From Mobula hypostoma (Eukaryota): a stretch of DNA of 64,000 nucleotides. Each line of letters begins with the position of its first letter. Within the stretch, counting starts at the first letter, position 1. The stretch is from NCBI RefSeq assembly GCF_963921235.1, contig NC_086097.1, positions 101,310,001-101,374,000 on the forward strand. The letters are read 5' to 3'. The notes beneath the pieces are model-generated. The model was given only the letters and a program-made list of their open reading frames with translations, ran no database searches and was not told where the DNA came from. This document shows positions 30,001 to 45,000 of the stretch, one piece after another. Both the position numbers and the translations under genes were made by a program.

Positions 30001-33000
30001 ACGTGATGTCCCACGGAGATGCGTGACTGGGATGTGATTACCCAGGGGAGATGGGTGACTGGGATGTGATGTTCCAGGGGAGATGGTGACTGAGATGTGA
30101 TTTCCCTGGGGAGATGTGCGACTGGGATGTGATGTCCCGGGGGAGATGGGTGACTGGGATGTCATATACCAGAGGAGATGCGTGACTGGGATGTGATTCC
30201 CCAGGGGAGATGGGTGAATGGGATGTGATGTTCCAGGGGAGATGGTGACTGAGATGTGATTTCTCTGGGGAGATGTGTGACTGGGATGTGATTCCAAAGG
30301 GGAGATGTGCGATTGGGATCTGATGTCCCGGGGGTGATGGGTGACTGGAATGTCATATTCCAGAGGAGATGCGTGACTGGGATGTGATTCCCCAGGGGAG
30401 AAGGGTGACTGCGATGTGATGGCCCAGGGGAGATGTGTGATTGGGATGTCATTCCCAGGGGAGATGTGTAATTGGGATGTGATTTCCCGGGGAAGGTGGG
30501 TGACTGAGATGCGATGTCCCAGGGGAGATGTGTGATTGGGATGTGATGTCCCAGGGAAGATATTTGACTGGGATGTGATATCCCATGCGAGATGGGTGAG
30601 TGGGATGTGATACCCCAGGGGAGATGGGTGACTGGTATGTGATGTCCCAGGGGAGATGGGTGACTGGGATTAGATTCCCCAGGGGAGATGTGCGACTGGG
30701 ATGTGATGGCCCGGGAGAGATGGGTGATTGGGATGTGATGTTCCAGGGGAAATGCATGACTGGGATGTGATTCCCCAGGGGAGATGTCTGACTGGGACAT
30801 GATGTCCCGAAGGTGATGTGTGACTGGGATGTGATGTCCCGGAGGTGATGTGTGACTGGGATGTGATGTCCTGGGGGAGATGAGTGACTGGAATATAGTG
30901 TCCCAGGGGAGATGGGGACTGACATGTGATTTCCCAGGGGAGATGAGTGACTGGGATGTGATTTCCAGGGGAGATGTGTGACTGGGATGTGATGTCCTGG
31001 GGGAGATGGATGACTGGGATGTATTTCCACAGGGGTGATGGGTGACTGGGATGTGACGTTCCAGGTGTGGTGTGTGCTGGGATGTGATGTCCCAGGGGAG
31101 ATGGGTGACTGGGATGTGAGTCCCCAGGTGGGATGGGCGACTGGGATGTGATGTCGCTGGGGAGATCTCTGACTGGGATCTGATGTCCCGGGAGAGATTG
31201 GTGACTGAGATGTGATGGCCCATGCGAGATGCGTGACTGGGATGTGATGTCCCGGGGAGATGTTTGACTGGGATGTGATATCCCGGGGTAGATGGATGAC
31301 TGGGATGTGATTCCCCTGCGGAGATGTGTGACTGGGATGTGATGTCCAATGGGAGAAGGGTGACTGGGATGTGATGTCCCCGGGGAGATGTGTGACTATG
31401 ATGCGATTCCCCAGGGGAAATGTGCGACTGGGATGTGATGTCCCGGGGGAGATCTGTGACTGGAATGAGATGTCCCGGAGGTAATGTGTGAGTGGGATGT
31501 GATGTCCCGGGGGAGATGGGTGACTGGGATGTGATGTCCCTGTGGCGATCTCTGACTTGGATGTGATGTCCCCGGGGAGATGTGTGACAGGGATTTGATT
31601 CCCTGGGGAGATATGTGACGGAATGCGATGTCCCAGGGGAGATTTGTGACTGGGATGCGACGTCCCAGGGGAGATGTGTGACTTGGATGTGATGTCCAAT
31701 GGGAGAAGGGTGACTGGGATGTGATGTCCCTGGGGAGATGTGTGACTGGGATGCGATTTCCCAGGGGAGATGTGTGACTGGGATGTGATGTTCCAGGAGG
31801 TGTGTGACTGGGATGTGATGTCCAATGGGAGAAGGGTGACTGGGATGTGATGTCCCTGGGGAGATATGTGACGGAATGCGATGTCCCAGGGGAGATTTGT
31901 GACTGGGATGCGACGTCCCAGGGGAGATGTGTGACTTGGATGTGATGTCCAATGGGAGAAGGGTGACTGGGATGTGATGTCCCTGGGGAGATGTGTGACT
32001 GGGATGCGATTTCCCAGGGGAGATGTGTGACTGGGATGTGATGTTCCAGGAGGTGTGTGACTGGGATGTGATGTCCAATGGGAGAAGGGTGACTGGGATG
32101 TGATGTCCCTGGGGAGATGTGTGACTGGGATGCGATTTCCCAGGGGAGATGTGTGACTGGGATGTGATGTTCCAGGAGGTGTGTGACTGGGATGTGATGT
32201 CCCAGGGGAGATGGGTGACTGGTATGTGATGTCCCTGGAGAGATGGCTGACTGGGATGTTATGTCCCAGGGGAGATGTGAGACTGGACTGTGATGTCCCA
32301 GGGGAGATGGGTGACGGGGATGTGATTCCCCAGGGGAGATGGGTGATGGGGATGTAATTCCCCAGGGGAGATGTGTGACTGGGATGTCATTCCCAGGGGA
32401 GATGTGTAATTGGGATGTGATTTCCCGGGAGAGGTGGGTGACTGAGATGCGATGTCCCAGGGGAGATGTGTGATTGGGATGTGATGTCCCAGGGGAGATG
32501 TTTGACTGGGATGTGATATCCCAGGGGAGATGGGTGAGTGGGATGTGATACCCCAGGGGAGATGGGTGACTGGTATGTGATGTCCCAGGGGAGATGAGTG
32601 ACTGGGATTTGATTCGCCAGGGGAGATGTGCGATTGGGATGTGATGGCCGGGGAGAGATGGGTGATTGGGATGTGGTGTTCCAGGGGAAATGCATGACTG
32701 GGATGTGATTCCCCAGGGGAGATGTCTGACTGGGATATGATGTCCCAGAGGTGATGTGTGACTGGGATGTGATGTCCCGGGGGAGATGTGTGACTGGGAT
32801 GTGATGTTCCAGGGGAGATGGTGACTGAGATGTGATTTCCCTGGGGAGATGTGTGACTGGGATGTGATGTCCCGGAGGAGATGGGTGACTGGGATCTGAT
32901 GCGCCAGGGGAGATGTGTGACTGAGATATGATGTCCCGGGGGAGATGGGAGACTGGGATGTGATTCCCCAGGGGAGATGAGTGACTGGGATGTGATTTCC

Positions 33001-36000
33001 CAGGGGAGGAGTGTGATGGGGATGTGATTCCCCAGGGGCGATGGGTGACTCGAATGTGACGTTCCAGGTGTGGTGTATGCTGGGATGTGATGTCCCAGAG
33101 GAGATGGGTGACTGGGATGTCATGTCCCTGGGGAGATGGCTGACTGGTATGTTATGTCCCAGGGGAGATGTGTGACTGGGATGTGATGTCCCAGGGGAGA
33201 TGGGTGACGGGGATGTGATTCCCCAGGGGAGATGGGTGACTGCGATGTGATGGCCCAGGGGAGATATGTGAGTGGGATGTCATTCCCAGGGGAGATGTGT
33301 AATTGGGATGTGATTTCCCGGGGAAGGTGGGTGTCTGAGATGCGATGTCCCAGGGGCGATGTGTGATTGGGATGTGATGTCCCAGGGAAGATATTTGACT
33401 GGGATGTGATATCCCATGGGAGATGGGTAAGTGGGATCTGATACCCCAGGGGAGATGGGTGACTGGTATGTGATGTCCCGAAGGTGATGTGTGACTGGGA
33501 TGTGATGTCCCCGAGGTGATGTGTGACTGGGATGTGATGTCCTGGGGGAGATGAGTGACTGGAATATAGTGTCCCAGGGGAGATGGGGACTGACATGTGA
33601 TTTCCCAGGGGAGATGAGTGACTGGGATGTGATTTCCCTGGGGAGATGTGTGACTGGGATGTGATGTCCCGAGGGAGATGGATGACTGGGATGTAATTCC
33701 ACAGGGGTGATGGGTGACTGGGATGTGACGTTCCAGGTGTGGTGTGTGCTGGGATGTGATGTCCCAGGGGAGATGGGTGACTGGGATGTGAGACCCCAGG
33801 TGAGATGGGCGACTGGGATGTGATGTCGCTGGGGAGATCTCTGACTGGGATCTGATGTCCCAGGAGAGATTGGTGACTGAGATGTGATGGCCCAGGCGAG
33901 ATGCGTGACCGGGATGTGATGTCCCGGGGAGATGTTTGACTGGGATGTGATATCCCGTGGGAGATGGATGACTGGGATGTGATATCCCGTGGGAGATGGA
34001 TGACTGGGATGTGATTCCCCTGCGGAGATGTGTGACTGGGATGTGATGTCCAACGGGAGAAGGGTGACAGGGATGTGATGTCCCCGGGGAGATGTGTGAC
34101 TAGGATGTGATTCCCCAGGGGAAATGTGCGACTGGGATGTGATGTCCCGGGGGAGATCTGTGACTGGAATGAGATGTCCCGGAGGTGATGTGTGAGTGGG
34201 ATGTGATGTCCCGGGGGAGATGGGTGACTGGGATATGATGTCCCTGTGGAGATCTCTGACTTGGTTGTGATGTCCCCGGGGAGATGTGTGACTGGGATTT
34301 GATTCCCTGGGGAGATATGTGACGGAATGCGATGTCCCAGGGGAGATTTGTGACTGGGATGCGACGTCCCAGGGGAGATGTGTGACTTGGATGTGATGTC
34401 CTGTGGGAGATGGATGACTGGGATGTGATTCCCCTGCGGAGATGTGTGACTGGGATGTGATGTCCAATGGGAGAAGGGTGACTGGGATGTGATGTCCCCG
34501 GGGAGGTGTGTGACTGGGATGCGATTTCCCAGGGGAGATGTGTGACTGGGATGTGATGTTCCAGGAGAGGTGTGTGACTGGGATGTGATGTCCCAGGGGA
34601 GATGGGTGACTGGTATGTGATGTCCCTGGGGAGATGGCTGACTGGGATGTTATGTCCCAGGGGAGATGTGAGACTGGGCTGTGATGTCCCAGGGGAGATG
34701 GGTGACGGGGATGTGATTCCCCAGGGGAGATGGGTGACGGGGATGTAATTCCCCAGGGGAGATGTGTGACTGGGATGTCATTCCCAGGGGCGATGTGTAA
34801 TTGGGATGTGATTTCCCGGGGGAGGTGGGTGACTGAGATGCGATGTCCCAGGGGAGATGTGCGACTGGGATGTGATGGCCGGGGAGAGATGGGTGATTGG
34901 GATGTGATGTTCCAGGGGAAATGCATGACTGGGATCTGATTCCCCAGGCGAGATGTCTGACTGGGACATGATGTCCCAGAGGTGATGTGTGACTGGGATG
35001 TGATATCCCGGGGGAGATGTGTGACTGGGATGTGATGTTCCAGGGGAGATGGTGACTGAGATGTGATTTCCCTGGGGAGATGTGTGACTGGGATGTGATG
35101 TCCCAGAGGAGATGGGTGACTAGGATGTGATGTCCCGGAGGAGATGGGTGACTGGGATGTGATGCGCCAGGGGAGATGTGTGACTGAGATATGATGTCCT
35201 GGGGGAGATGGGAGACGGGGATGTGATTCCCCAGGGGAGATGGGTGACGGGGATGTGATTCCCCAGGGGAGATGTGTGACTGGGATGTCATTCCCAGGGG
35301 AGATGTGTAATTGGGATGTGATTTCCCGGGGGAGGTGGGTGACTGAGATGCGATGTCCCAGGGGAGATGGGTGAGTGGGATGTGATGTCCCAGGGGAGAT
35401 GGGTGACTGGTATGTGATGTCCCTGGGGAGATGGCTGACTGGGATGTTATGTCCCAGGGGAGATATGAGACTGGGCTGTGATGTCCCAGGGGAGATGGGT
35501 GACTGGGATGTGATGTCCCCGGGGAGATGTGTGACTTGGATGTGATGTCCTGTGGGAGATGGATGACTGGGATGTGATTCCCCTGCGGAGATGTGTGACT
35601 GGGATGTGATGTCCAATGGGAGAAGGGTGACTGGGATGTGATGTCCCCGGGGAGGTGTGTGACTGGGATGCGATTTCCCAGGGGAGATGTGTGACTGGGA
35701 TGTGATGTTCCAGGAGAGGTGTGTGACTGGGATGTGATGTCCCAGGGGAGATGGGTGACTGGTATGTGATGTCCCTGGGGAGATGGCTGACTGGGATGTT
35801 ATGTCCCAGGGGAGATATGAGACTGGGCTGTGATGTCCCAGGGGAGATGGGTGACGGGGATGTGATTCCCCAGGGGAGATGTGTGACTGAGATATGATGT
35901 CCCGGGGGAGATGGGAGACGGGGATGTGATTCCCCAGGGGAGATGGGTGACGGGGATGTGATTCCCCAGGGGAGATGTGTGACTGGGATGTCATTCCCAG

Positions 36001-39000
36001 GGGAGATGTGTAATTGGGATGTGATTTCCCAGGGGAGGTGGGTGACTGAGATGCGATGTCCCAGGGGAGATGTGTGATTGGGACGTGATGTCCCAGGGGA
36101 GATGTTTGACTGGAATGTGATATCCCAGGGGAGATGGGTGAGTGGGATGTGATACCCCAGGGGAGATGTGTGACTGGGATGTGATTCCCCAGGGGAGATG
36201 TGTGACTGGGATGTCATTCCCAGGGGAGATGTGTAATTGGGATGTGATTTCCCGGGGCAGGTGGGTGACTGAGATGCGATGTCCCAGGGGAGATGTGTGA
36301 TTGGGACGTGATGTCCCAGGGGAGATGTTTGACTGGAATGTGATATCCCGTGGCAGATGGATGACTGGGATGTGATTTCCCAGGGGAGGAGTGTGATGGG
36401 GATGTGATTCCCCAGGGGCGATGGGTGACTCGAATGTGACGTTCCAGGTGTGGTGTATGCTGGGATGTGATGTCCCAGAGGAGATGGGTGACTGGGATGT
36501 CATGTCCCTGGGGAGATGGCTGACTGGTATGTTATGTCCCAGGGGAGATGTGTGACTGGGATGTGATGTCCCAGGGGAGATGGGTGATGGGGATGTGATT
36601 CCCCAGGGGAGATGGGTGACTGCGATGTGATGGCCCAGGGGAGATGTGTGGCTGGGATGTCATTCCCAGGGGAGATGTGTAATTGGGATGTGATTTCCCG
36701 GGGAAGGTGGGTGACTGAGATGCGATGTCCCAGGGGCGATGTGTGATTGGGATGTGATGTCCCAGGGAAGATGTTTGACTGGGATGTGATATCCCATGGG
36801 AGATGGGTGAGTGGGTTGTAATACCCCAGGGGAGATGGGTGACTGGGATTAGATTCCCCAGGGGAGATGTGCGACTAGGATGTGATGGCCCGGGAGAGAT
36901 GGGTGATTGGGATGTGATGTTCCAGGGGAAATGCATGACTGGGATGCGATTCCCCAGGGGAGATGTCTGACTGGGACATGATGTCCCGGAGGTGATGTGT
37001 GACTGGGATGTGATGTCCCGGAGGTAATGTATGACTGGGATGTGATGTCCTGGGGGAGATGAGTAATTGGGATGTGATTTCCCGGGGGAGGTGGGTGACG
37101 GGGATGTGATTCCCCAGGGGAGATGTGTGACTGGGATGTCATTCCCAGGGGAGATGTGTAATTGGGATGTGATTTCCCGGGGGAGGTGGGTGACTGAGAT
37201 GCGATGTCCCAGGGGAGATGTGTGATTGGGATGTGATGTCCCAGGGGAGATGTTTGACTGGGATGTGATATCCCAGGGGAGATGGGTGAGTGGGATGTGA
37301 TACCCCAGGGGAGATGAGTGACTGGGATGTGATATCCCGGAGGAGATGGGTGACTGGGATGTGATGTTCCAGGGGAGATGGTGACTGAGATGTGATTTAC
37401 CTGGGGAGATGTGTGACTGGGATGTGATGTCCCAGAGGAGATGGGTGACTAGGATGTGATGTCCCGGAGGAGATGGGTGACTGGGATGTGATTCCCCTGG
37501 GGAGATGTGTGACTGGGATGTGATGTCCCAGAGGAGATGGGTGAATAGGATGTGATGTCCCGGAGGAGATGGGTGACTGGGATGTGATGCACCAGGGGAG
37601 ATGTGTGACTGAGATATGATGTCCCGGGGGAGATGGGAGACTGGGATGTGATTCCCCAGGGGCGATGGGTGACTCGAATGTGACGTTCCAGGTGTGGTGT
37701 ATGCTGGGATGTGATGTCCCAGAGGAGATGGGTGACTGGGATGTCATGTCCCTGGGGAGATGTATGACTGGGATGTGATGTCCCGGGGGAGATGAGTAAT
37801 TGGGATGTGATTTCCCGGGGGAGGTGGGTGACGGGGATGTGATTCCCCAGGGGAGATGTGTGACTGGGATGTCATTCCCAGGGGAGATGTGTAATTGGGA
37901 TGTGATTTCCCGGGGGAGGTGGGTGACTGAGATGCGATGTCCCAGGGGAGATGTGTGATTGGGATGTGATGTCCCAGGGGAGATGTTTGACTGGGATGTG
38001 ATGTCCCAGGGGAGATGGGTGACGGGGATGTGATTCCCCAGGGGAGATGGGTGACTGCGATGTGATGGCCCAGGGGAGATATGTGACTGGGATGTCATTC
38101 CCAGGGGAGATGTGTAATTGGGATGTGATTTCCCGGGGAAGGTGGGTGACTGAGATGCGATGTCCCAGGGGCGATGTGTGATTGGGATGTGATGTCCCAG
38201 GGAAGATGTTTGACTGGGATGTGATATCCCATGGGAGATGGGTGAGTGGGTTGTGATACCCCAGGGGAGATGGGTGACTGGTATGTGATGTCCCAGGGGA
38301 GATGGGTGACTGGGATTAGATTCCCCAGGGGAGATGTGTGACTGGGATGTGATGTCCCAGGGGAGATGGGTGACGGGGATGTGATTCCCCAGGGGAGATG
38401 GGTGACTGCGATGTGATGGCCCAGGGGAGATGTGTGACTGGGATGTCATTCCCAGGGGAGATGTGTAATTGGGATGTGATTTCCCGGGGAAGGTGGGTGA
38501 CTGAGATGCGATGTCCCAGGGGCGATGTGTGATTGGGATGTGATGTCCCAGGGAAGATGTTTGACTGGGATGTGATATCCCATGGGAGATGGGTGAGTGG
38601 GTTATGATACCCCAGGGGAGATGGGTGACTGGTATGTGATGTCCCAGGGGAGATGGATGACTGGGATTAGATTCCCCAGGGGAGATGTGCGACTGGGATT
38701 AGATGGCCCGGGAGAGATGGGTGATTGGGATGTGATGTTCCAGGGGAAATGCATTACTGGGATGCGATTCCCCAGGGGAGATGTCTGACTGGGACATGAT
38801 GTCCCGGAGGTGATGTGTGACTGGGATGTGATGTCCCGGAGGTGATGTATGACTGGGATGTGATGTCCCGGGGGAGATGAGTAATTGGGATGTGATTTCC
38901 CAGGGGAGGTGGGTGACGGGGATGTGATTCCCCGGGGAGATGTGTGACTGGGATGTCATTCCCAGGGGAGATGTGTAATTGGGATGTGATTTCCCGGGGG

Positions 39001-42000
39001 AGGTGGGTGACTGAGATGCGATGTCCCAGGGGAGATGTGTGATTGGGATGTGATGTCCCAGGGGAGATGTTTGACTGGGATGTGATGTCCCAGGGGAGAT
39101 GGGTGACGGGGATGTGATTCCCCAGGGGAGATGGGTGACTGCGATGTGATGGCCCAGGGGAGATATGTGACTGGGATGTCATTCCCAGGGGAGATGTGTA
39201 ATTGGGATGTGATTTCCCGGGGAAGGTGGGTGACTGAGATGCGATGTCCCAGGGGCGATGTGTGATTGGGATGTGATGTCCCAGGGAAGATGTTTGACTG
39301 GGATGTCATATCCCATGGGAGATGGGTGAGTGGGTTGTGATACCCCAGGGGAGATGGGTGACTGGTATGTGATGTCCCAGGGGAGATGGGTGACTGGGAT
39401 TAGATTCCCCAGGGGAGATGTGCGACTGGGATGTGATGGCCCGGGAGAGATGGGTGATTGGGATGTGATGTTCCAGGGGAAATGCATGACTGGGATGCGA
39501 TTCCCCAGGGGAGATGTCTGACTGGGACATGATGTCCCGGAGGTGATGTGTGACTGGGAGGTGATGTGTGACTGGGATGTGATGTCCCGGAGGTGATGTA
39601 TGACTGGGATGTGATGTCCTGGGGGAGATGAGTAATTGGGATGTGATTTCCCGGGGGAGGTGGGTGACGGGGATGTGATTCCCCAGGGGAGATGTGTGAC
39701 TGGGATGTCATTCCCAGGGGAGATGTGTAATTGGGATGTGATTTCCCGGGGGAGGTGGGTGACTGAGATGCGATGTCCCAGGGGAGATGTGTGATTGGGA
39801 TGTGATGTCCCAGAGGAGATGGGTGACTGCGATGTCATGTCCCTGGGGAGATGGCTGACTGGTATGTTATGTCCCAGGGGAGATGTGTGACTGGGATGTG
39901 ATGTCCCAGGGGAGATGGGTGATGGGGATGTGATTCCCCAGGGGAGATGGGTGACTGCGATGTGATGGCCCAGGGTAGATATGTGAGTGGGATGTCATTC
40001 CCAGGGGAGATGTGTAATTGGTATGTGATTTCCCGGGGAAGGTGGGTGACTGTGATGCGACGTCCCAGGGGAGATGTGTGACTTGGATGTGATGTCCTGT
40101 GGGAGATGGATGACTGGGATGTGATTCCCCTGCGGAGATGTGTGACTGGGATGTGATGTTCAAATGGAGAAGGGTGACTGGGATGTGATGTCCCCGGGGA
40201 GATGTGTGACTGGGATGCGATTTCCCAGGGGAGATGTGTGACTGGGATGTGATGTTCCAGGAGAGGTGTGTGACTGGGATGTGATGTCCCAGGGGAGATG
40301 GGTGACTGGTATGTAATGTCACTGGGGAGATGGCTGACTGGGATGCTATGTCCCAGGGGAGATGTGAGACTGGGCTGTGATGTCCCAGGGGAGATGGGTG
40401 ACGGGGATGTGATTCCCCAGGGGAGATGGGTGACGGGGATGTGATTCCCCAGGGGAGATGTGTGACTGGGATGTCATTCCCAGGGGAGATGTGTAATTGG
40501 GATGTGATTTCCCAGGGGAGGTGGGTGACTGAGATGCGATGTCCCAGGGGAGATGTGTGATTGGGATGTGATGTCCCAGGGGAGATGCTTGACTGGGAGG
40601 TGATATCCCAGGGGAGATGGGTGAGTGGGCTGTGATACCCCAGGGGAGATGTGTGACTGGTATGTGATGTCCCAGAGGAGATGGGTGACTGGGATGTCAT
40701 GTCCCTGGGGAGATGGCTGACTGGTATGTTATGTCCCAGGGGAGATGTGTGACTGGGATGTGATGTCCCAGTGGAGATGGGTGACGGGGATGTGATTCCC
40801 CAGGGGAGATGGGTGACTGCGATGTGATGGCCCAGGGGAGATATGTGACTGGGATGTCATTCCCAGGGGAGATGTGTAATTGGGATGTGATTTCCCGGGG
40901 AAGGTGGGTGACTGAGATGCGATGTCCCAGGGGCGATGTGTGATTGGGGTGTGATGTCCCAGGGAAGATGGGTGAGTGGGATGTGATACCCCAGGGGAGA
41001 TGGGTGACTGGTATGTGATGTCCCGGAGGTGATGTGTGACTGGGATGTGATGTCCCGGAGGTGATGTGTGACTGGGATGTGATGTCCTGGGGGAGATGAG
41101 TGACTGGAATATAGTGTCCCAGGGGAGATGGGGACTGACATGTGATTTCCCAGGGGAGATGAGTGACTGGGATGTGATTTCCAGGGGAGATGTGTGACTG
41201 GGATGTGATGTCCCGGGGGAGATGGATGACTGGGATGTAATTCCACAGGGGTGATGGGTGACTGGGATGTGACGTTCCAGGTGTGGTGTGTGCTGGGATG
41301 TGATGTCCCAGGGGAGATGGGTGACTGGGATGTGAGTCCCCAGGTGAGATGGGCGACTGGGATGTGGTGTCGCTGGGGAGATCTCTGACTGGGATCTGAT
41401 GTCCCGGGAGAGATTGGTGACTGAGATGTGATGGCCCAGGCGAGATGCGTGACTGGGATGTGATGTCCCGGGGAGATGTTTGACTGGGATGTGATATCCC
41501 AGGGTAGATGGATGACTGGGATGTGATTCCCCTGCGGAGATGTGTGACTGAGATGTGATGTCCAATGGGAGAAGGGTGACTGGGATGTGATGTCCCCGGG
41601 GAGATGTGTGACTAGGATGTGATTCCCCAGGGGAAATGTGCGACTGGGATGTGATGTCCCGGGGGAGATCTGTGACTGGAATGAGATGTCCCGAAGGTGA
41701 TGTGTGAGTGGGATGTGATGTCCCGGGGAAGATGGGTGACTGGGATGTGATGTCCCTGTGGAGATCTCTGACTTGGATGTGATGTCCCTGGGGAGATGTG
41801 TGACTGGGATTTGATTCCCTGGGGAGATATGTGAGGGAATGCGATGTCCCAGGGGAGATTTGTGACTGGGATGCGCCGTCCCAGGGGAGATGTGTGACTT
41901 GGATGTGATGTCCTGTGGGAGATGGATGACTGGGATGTGACTCCCCTGCGGAGATGTGTGACTGGGATGTGATGTCCAATGGGAGAAGGGTGACTGGGAT

Positions 42001-45000
42001 GTGATGTCCCCGGGGAGATGTGTGACTGGGATGCGATTACCCAGGGAAGATGTGTGACTGGGATGTGATGTTCCAGGAGAGGTGTGTGACTGGGATGTGA
42101 TGTCCCAGGGGAGATGGGTGACTGGTATGTGATGTCCCTGGGGAGATGGCTGACTGGGATGTTATGTCCCAGGGGAGATGTGAGACTGGGCTGTGATGTC
42201 CCAGGGGAGATGGGTGACGGGGATGTGATTCCCCAGGGGAGATGGGTGACGGGGATGTGATTCCCCAGGGGAGATGTGTGACTGGGATGTCATTCCCAAG
42301 GGAGATGTGTATTTGGGATGTGATTTCCCGGGGGAGGTGGGTGACTGAGATGCGATGTCCCAGGGGAGATGTGTGATTGGGATATGATGTCCCAGGGGAG
42401 ATGTTTGACTGGGATGTGTTATCCCAGGGGAGATGGGTGAGTGGGATGTGATACCCCAGGGGAGATGGGTGACTGGTATGTGATGTCCCAGGGGAGATGA
42501 GTGACTGGGATTTGACTCCCCAGGGGAGATGTGCGACTGGGATGTGATGGCCGGGGAGAGATGGGTGATTGGGATGTGATGTTCCAGGGGAAATGCATGA
42601 CTGGGATGTGATTCCCCAGGGGAGATGTCTGACTGGGACATGATGTCCCAGAGGTGATGTGTGACTGGGATGTGATATCCCGGGGGAGATGTGTGACTGG
42701 GATGTGATGTTCCAGGGGAGATGGTGACTGAGATGTGATTTCCCTGGGGAGCTGTGTGACTGGGATGTGATGTCCCAGCGGAGATGGGTGACTAGGATGT
42801 GATGTCCCGGAGGAGATGGGTGACTGGGATGTGATGCGCCAGGGGAGATGTGTGACTGAGATATGATGTCCCGGGGGAGATGGGAGACTGGGATGTGATT
42901 CCCCAGGGGAGATGAGTGACTGGGATGTGATGTCCCAGGGCAGATGGATGACTGGGATGTGATTTCCCAGGGGAGGAGTGTGATGGGGATATGATTCCCC
43001 AGGGGCGATGGGTGACTCGAATGTGACGTTCCAGGTGTGGTGTATGCTGGGATGTGATGTCCCAGAGGTGATGGGTGACTGGGATGTCATGTGCCTGGGG
43101 AGATGGCTGACTGGTATGTTATGTCCCAGGGGAGATGTGTGACTGGGATTTGATTCCCCAGGGGAGATGTGCGACTGGGATGTGATGGCCGGGGAGAGAT
43201 GGGTGATTGGGATGTGATGTTCCAGGGGAAATGCATGACAGGGATGTGATTCCCCAGGGGAGATGTGTGACTGGGACATGATGTCCCAGAGGTGATGTGT
43301 GACTGGGATGTGATGTCCTGGGGGAGATGAGTGACTGGAATATAGTGTCCCAGGGGAGATGGGGACTGACATGTGATTTCCCAGGGGAGATGAGTGACTG
43401 GGATGTGATTCCCAGGGGAGATGTGTGACTGGGATGTGATGTCCCGGGGGAGATGGATGACTGGGATGTGATTCCTCAGGGGCAATGGGTGACTGGGATG
43501 TGACGTTCCAGGTGTGGTGTGTGCTGGGATGTGATGTCCCAGGGGAGATGGGTGACTGGCATGTGAGTCCCCAGGGGAGATGGGAGACTGGGATGTGATG
43601 TCGCTGGGGAGATCTCTGACTGGGATCTGATGTCCCGGGAAAGATTGGTGACTGAGATGTGACGGCCCAGGTGAGATGCGTGACTGGGATGTGATGTCCC
43701 GGGGAGATGTTTGACTGGGATGTGATTCCCCTGCGGAGATGTGTGACTGGGATGTGATGTCCCCGGGGAGATGTGTGACTAGGATGTGATTCCCCAGGGG
43801 AAATGTGCGACTGGAATGAGATGTCCCGGAGGTGATGTGTGAGTTGATGTGATGTCCCGGGGGAGATGGGTGACTGGGATGTGATGTCCCTGTGGAGATC
43901 TCTGACTTGGATGTGATGTCCCCGGGGAGATGTGTGACTGGGATTTGATTCCCTGGGGAGATATGTGACAGATTGCGATGTCCCAGGGGAGATTTGTGAC
44001 TGGGATGCGACGTCCCAGGGGAGATGTGTGACTTGGATGTGGTGTCCTGTGGGAGATGGATGACTGGGATGTGATTCCCCAGCGGAGATGTGTGACTGGG
44101 ATGTGATGTCCCATGGGAGAAGGGTGACTGGGATGTGATGTCCCCAGGGAGATGTGTGACTAGGATGTGATTCCCCAGGGTTGATATGTGACTGGGATGT
44201 GACTCCCCGGGGGGGAAATGTGTGCCTGGGATGTCATGTCCCAGCGGAGATGTGTGACTGGGATGTGATGTCCCAGGGAAAATGTGTGACTGGGATGTGA
44301 TGTCCCAGGGGAGAAGGGTGACTGGGATGCAATGTCCCAGGGGAGAAGAGTGACTGGGATGCGATGTCCCCAGGGGAGATGGGTGACTGGGATGTGATTC
44401 CCCAGGGGAGATGGGAGACTGGGATGCGATGTGACGGGGTAGATCTCTGACCGGGATGTGATGTCCCAGGGGAGTTGGGTGACTGGGATGTGATATCTCA
44501 GGGAGATGTGTGTCTGGGATGTGATGTCCCAGGGGAGATGGCTGACTGGGATGTGATTTTCCAGGGGAGATGTGTGACTGGGATGCGATTTCCCAGGGGA
44601 GATGTGTGACTGGGATGTGATGTTCCAGGAGAGGTGTGTGATTGGGATGTGATGTCCCGGGGGAGATGTGTGACTGGGATGTGATGTCCCTGGGGAGATG
44701 TGTGACTGGGATGTGATGTTCCAGGAGAGGTGTGTGACTGGGATGTGATGTCCCGGGGGAGATGTGTGACTGGGATGTGATGTCCCTGGGGAGTTGGCTG
44801 ACTGGGATGTGATATCCCAGGGGAGATGGGTGATTGGGATGTGATAACCCAGGGGAGATGGGTGACTGGGATGTAATGTCCCGGGGGAGATGGGTGACTG
44901 GGATGTCATATTCCAGGGGAGATGCGTGACTGGGATATGATTCCCCAGGGGAGATGGGTGACTGGGATGTGATGTTCCAGGGGAGATGTGTGACTGGGAT

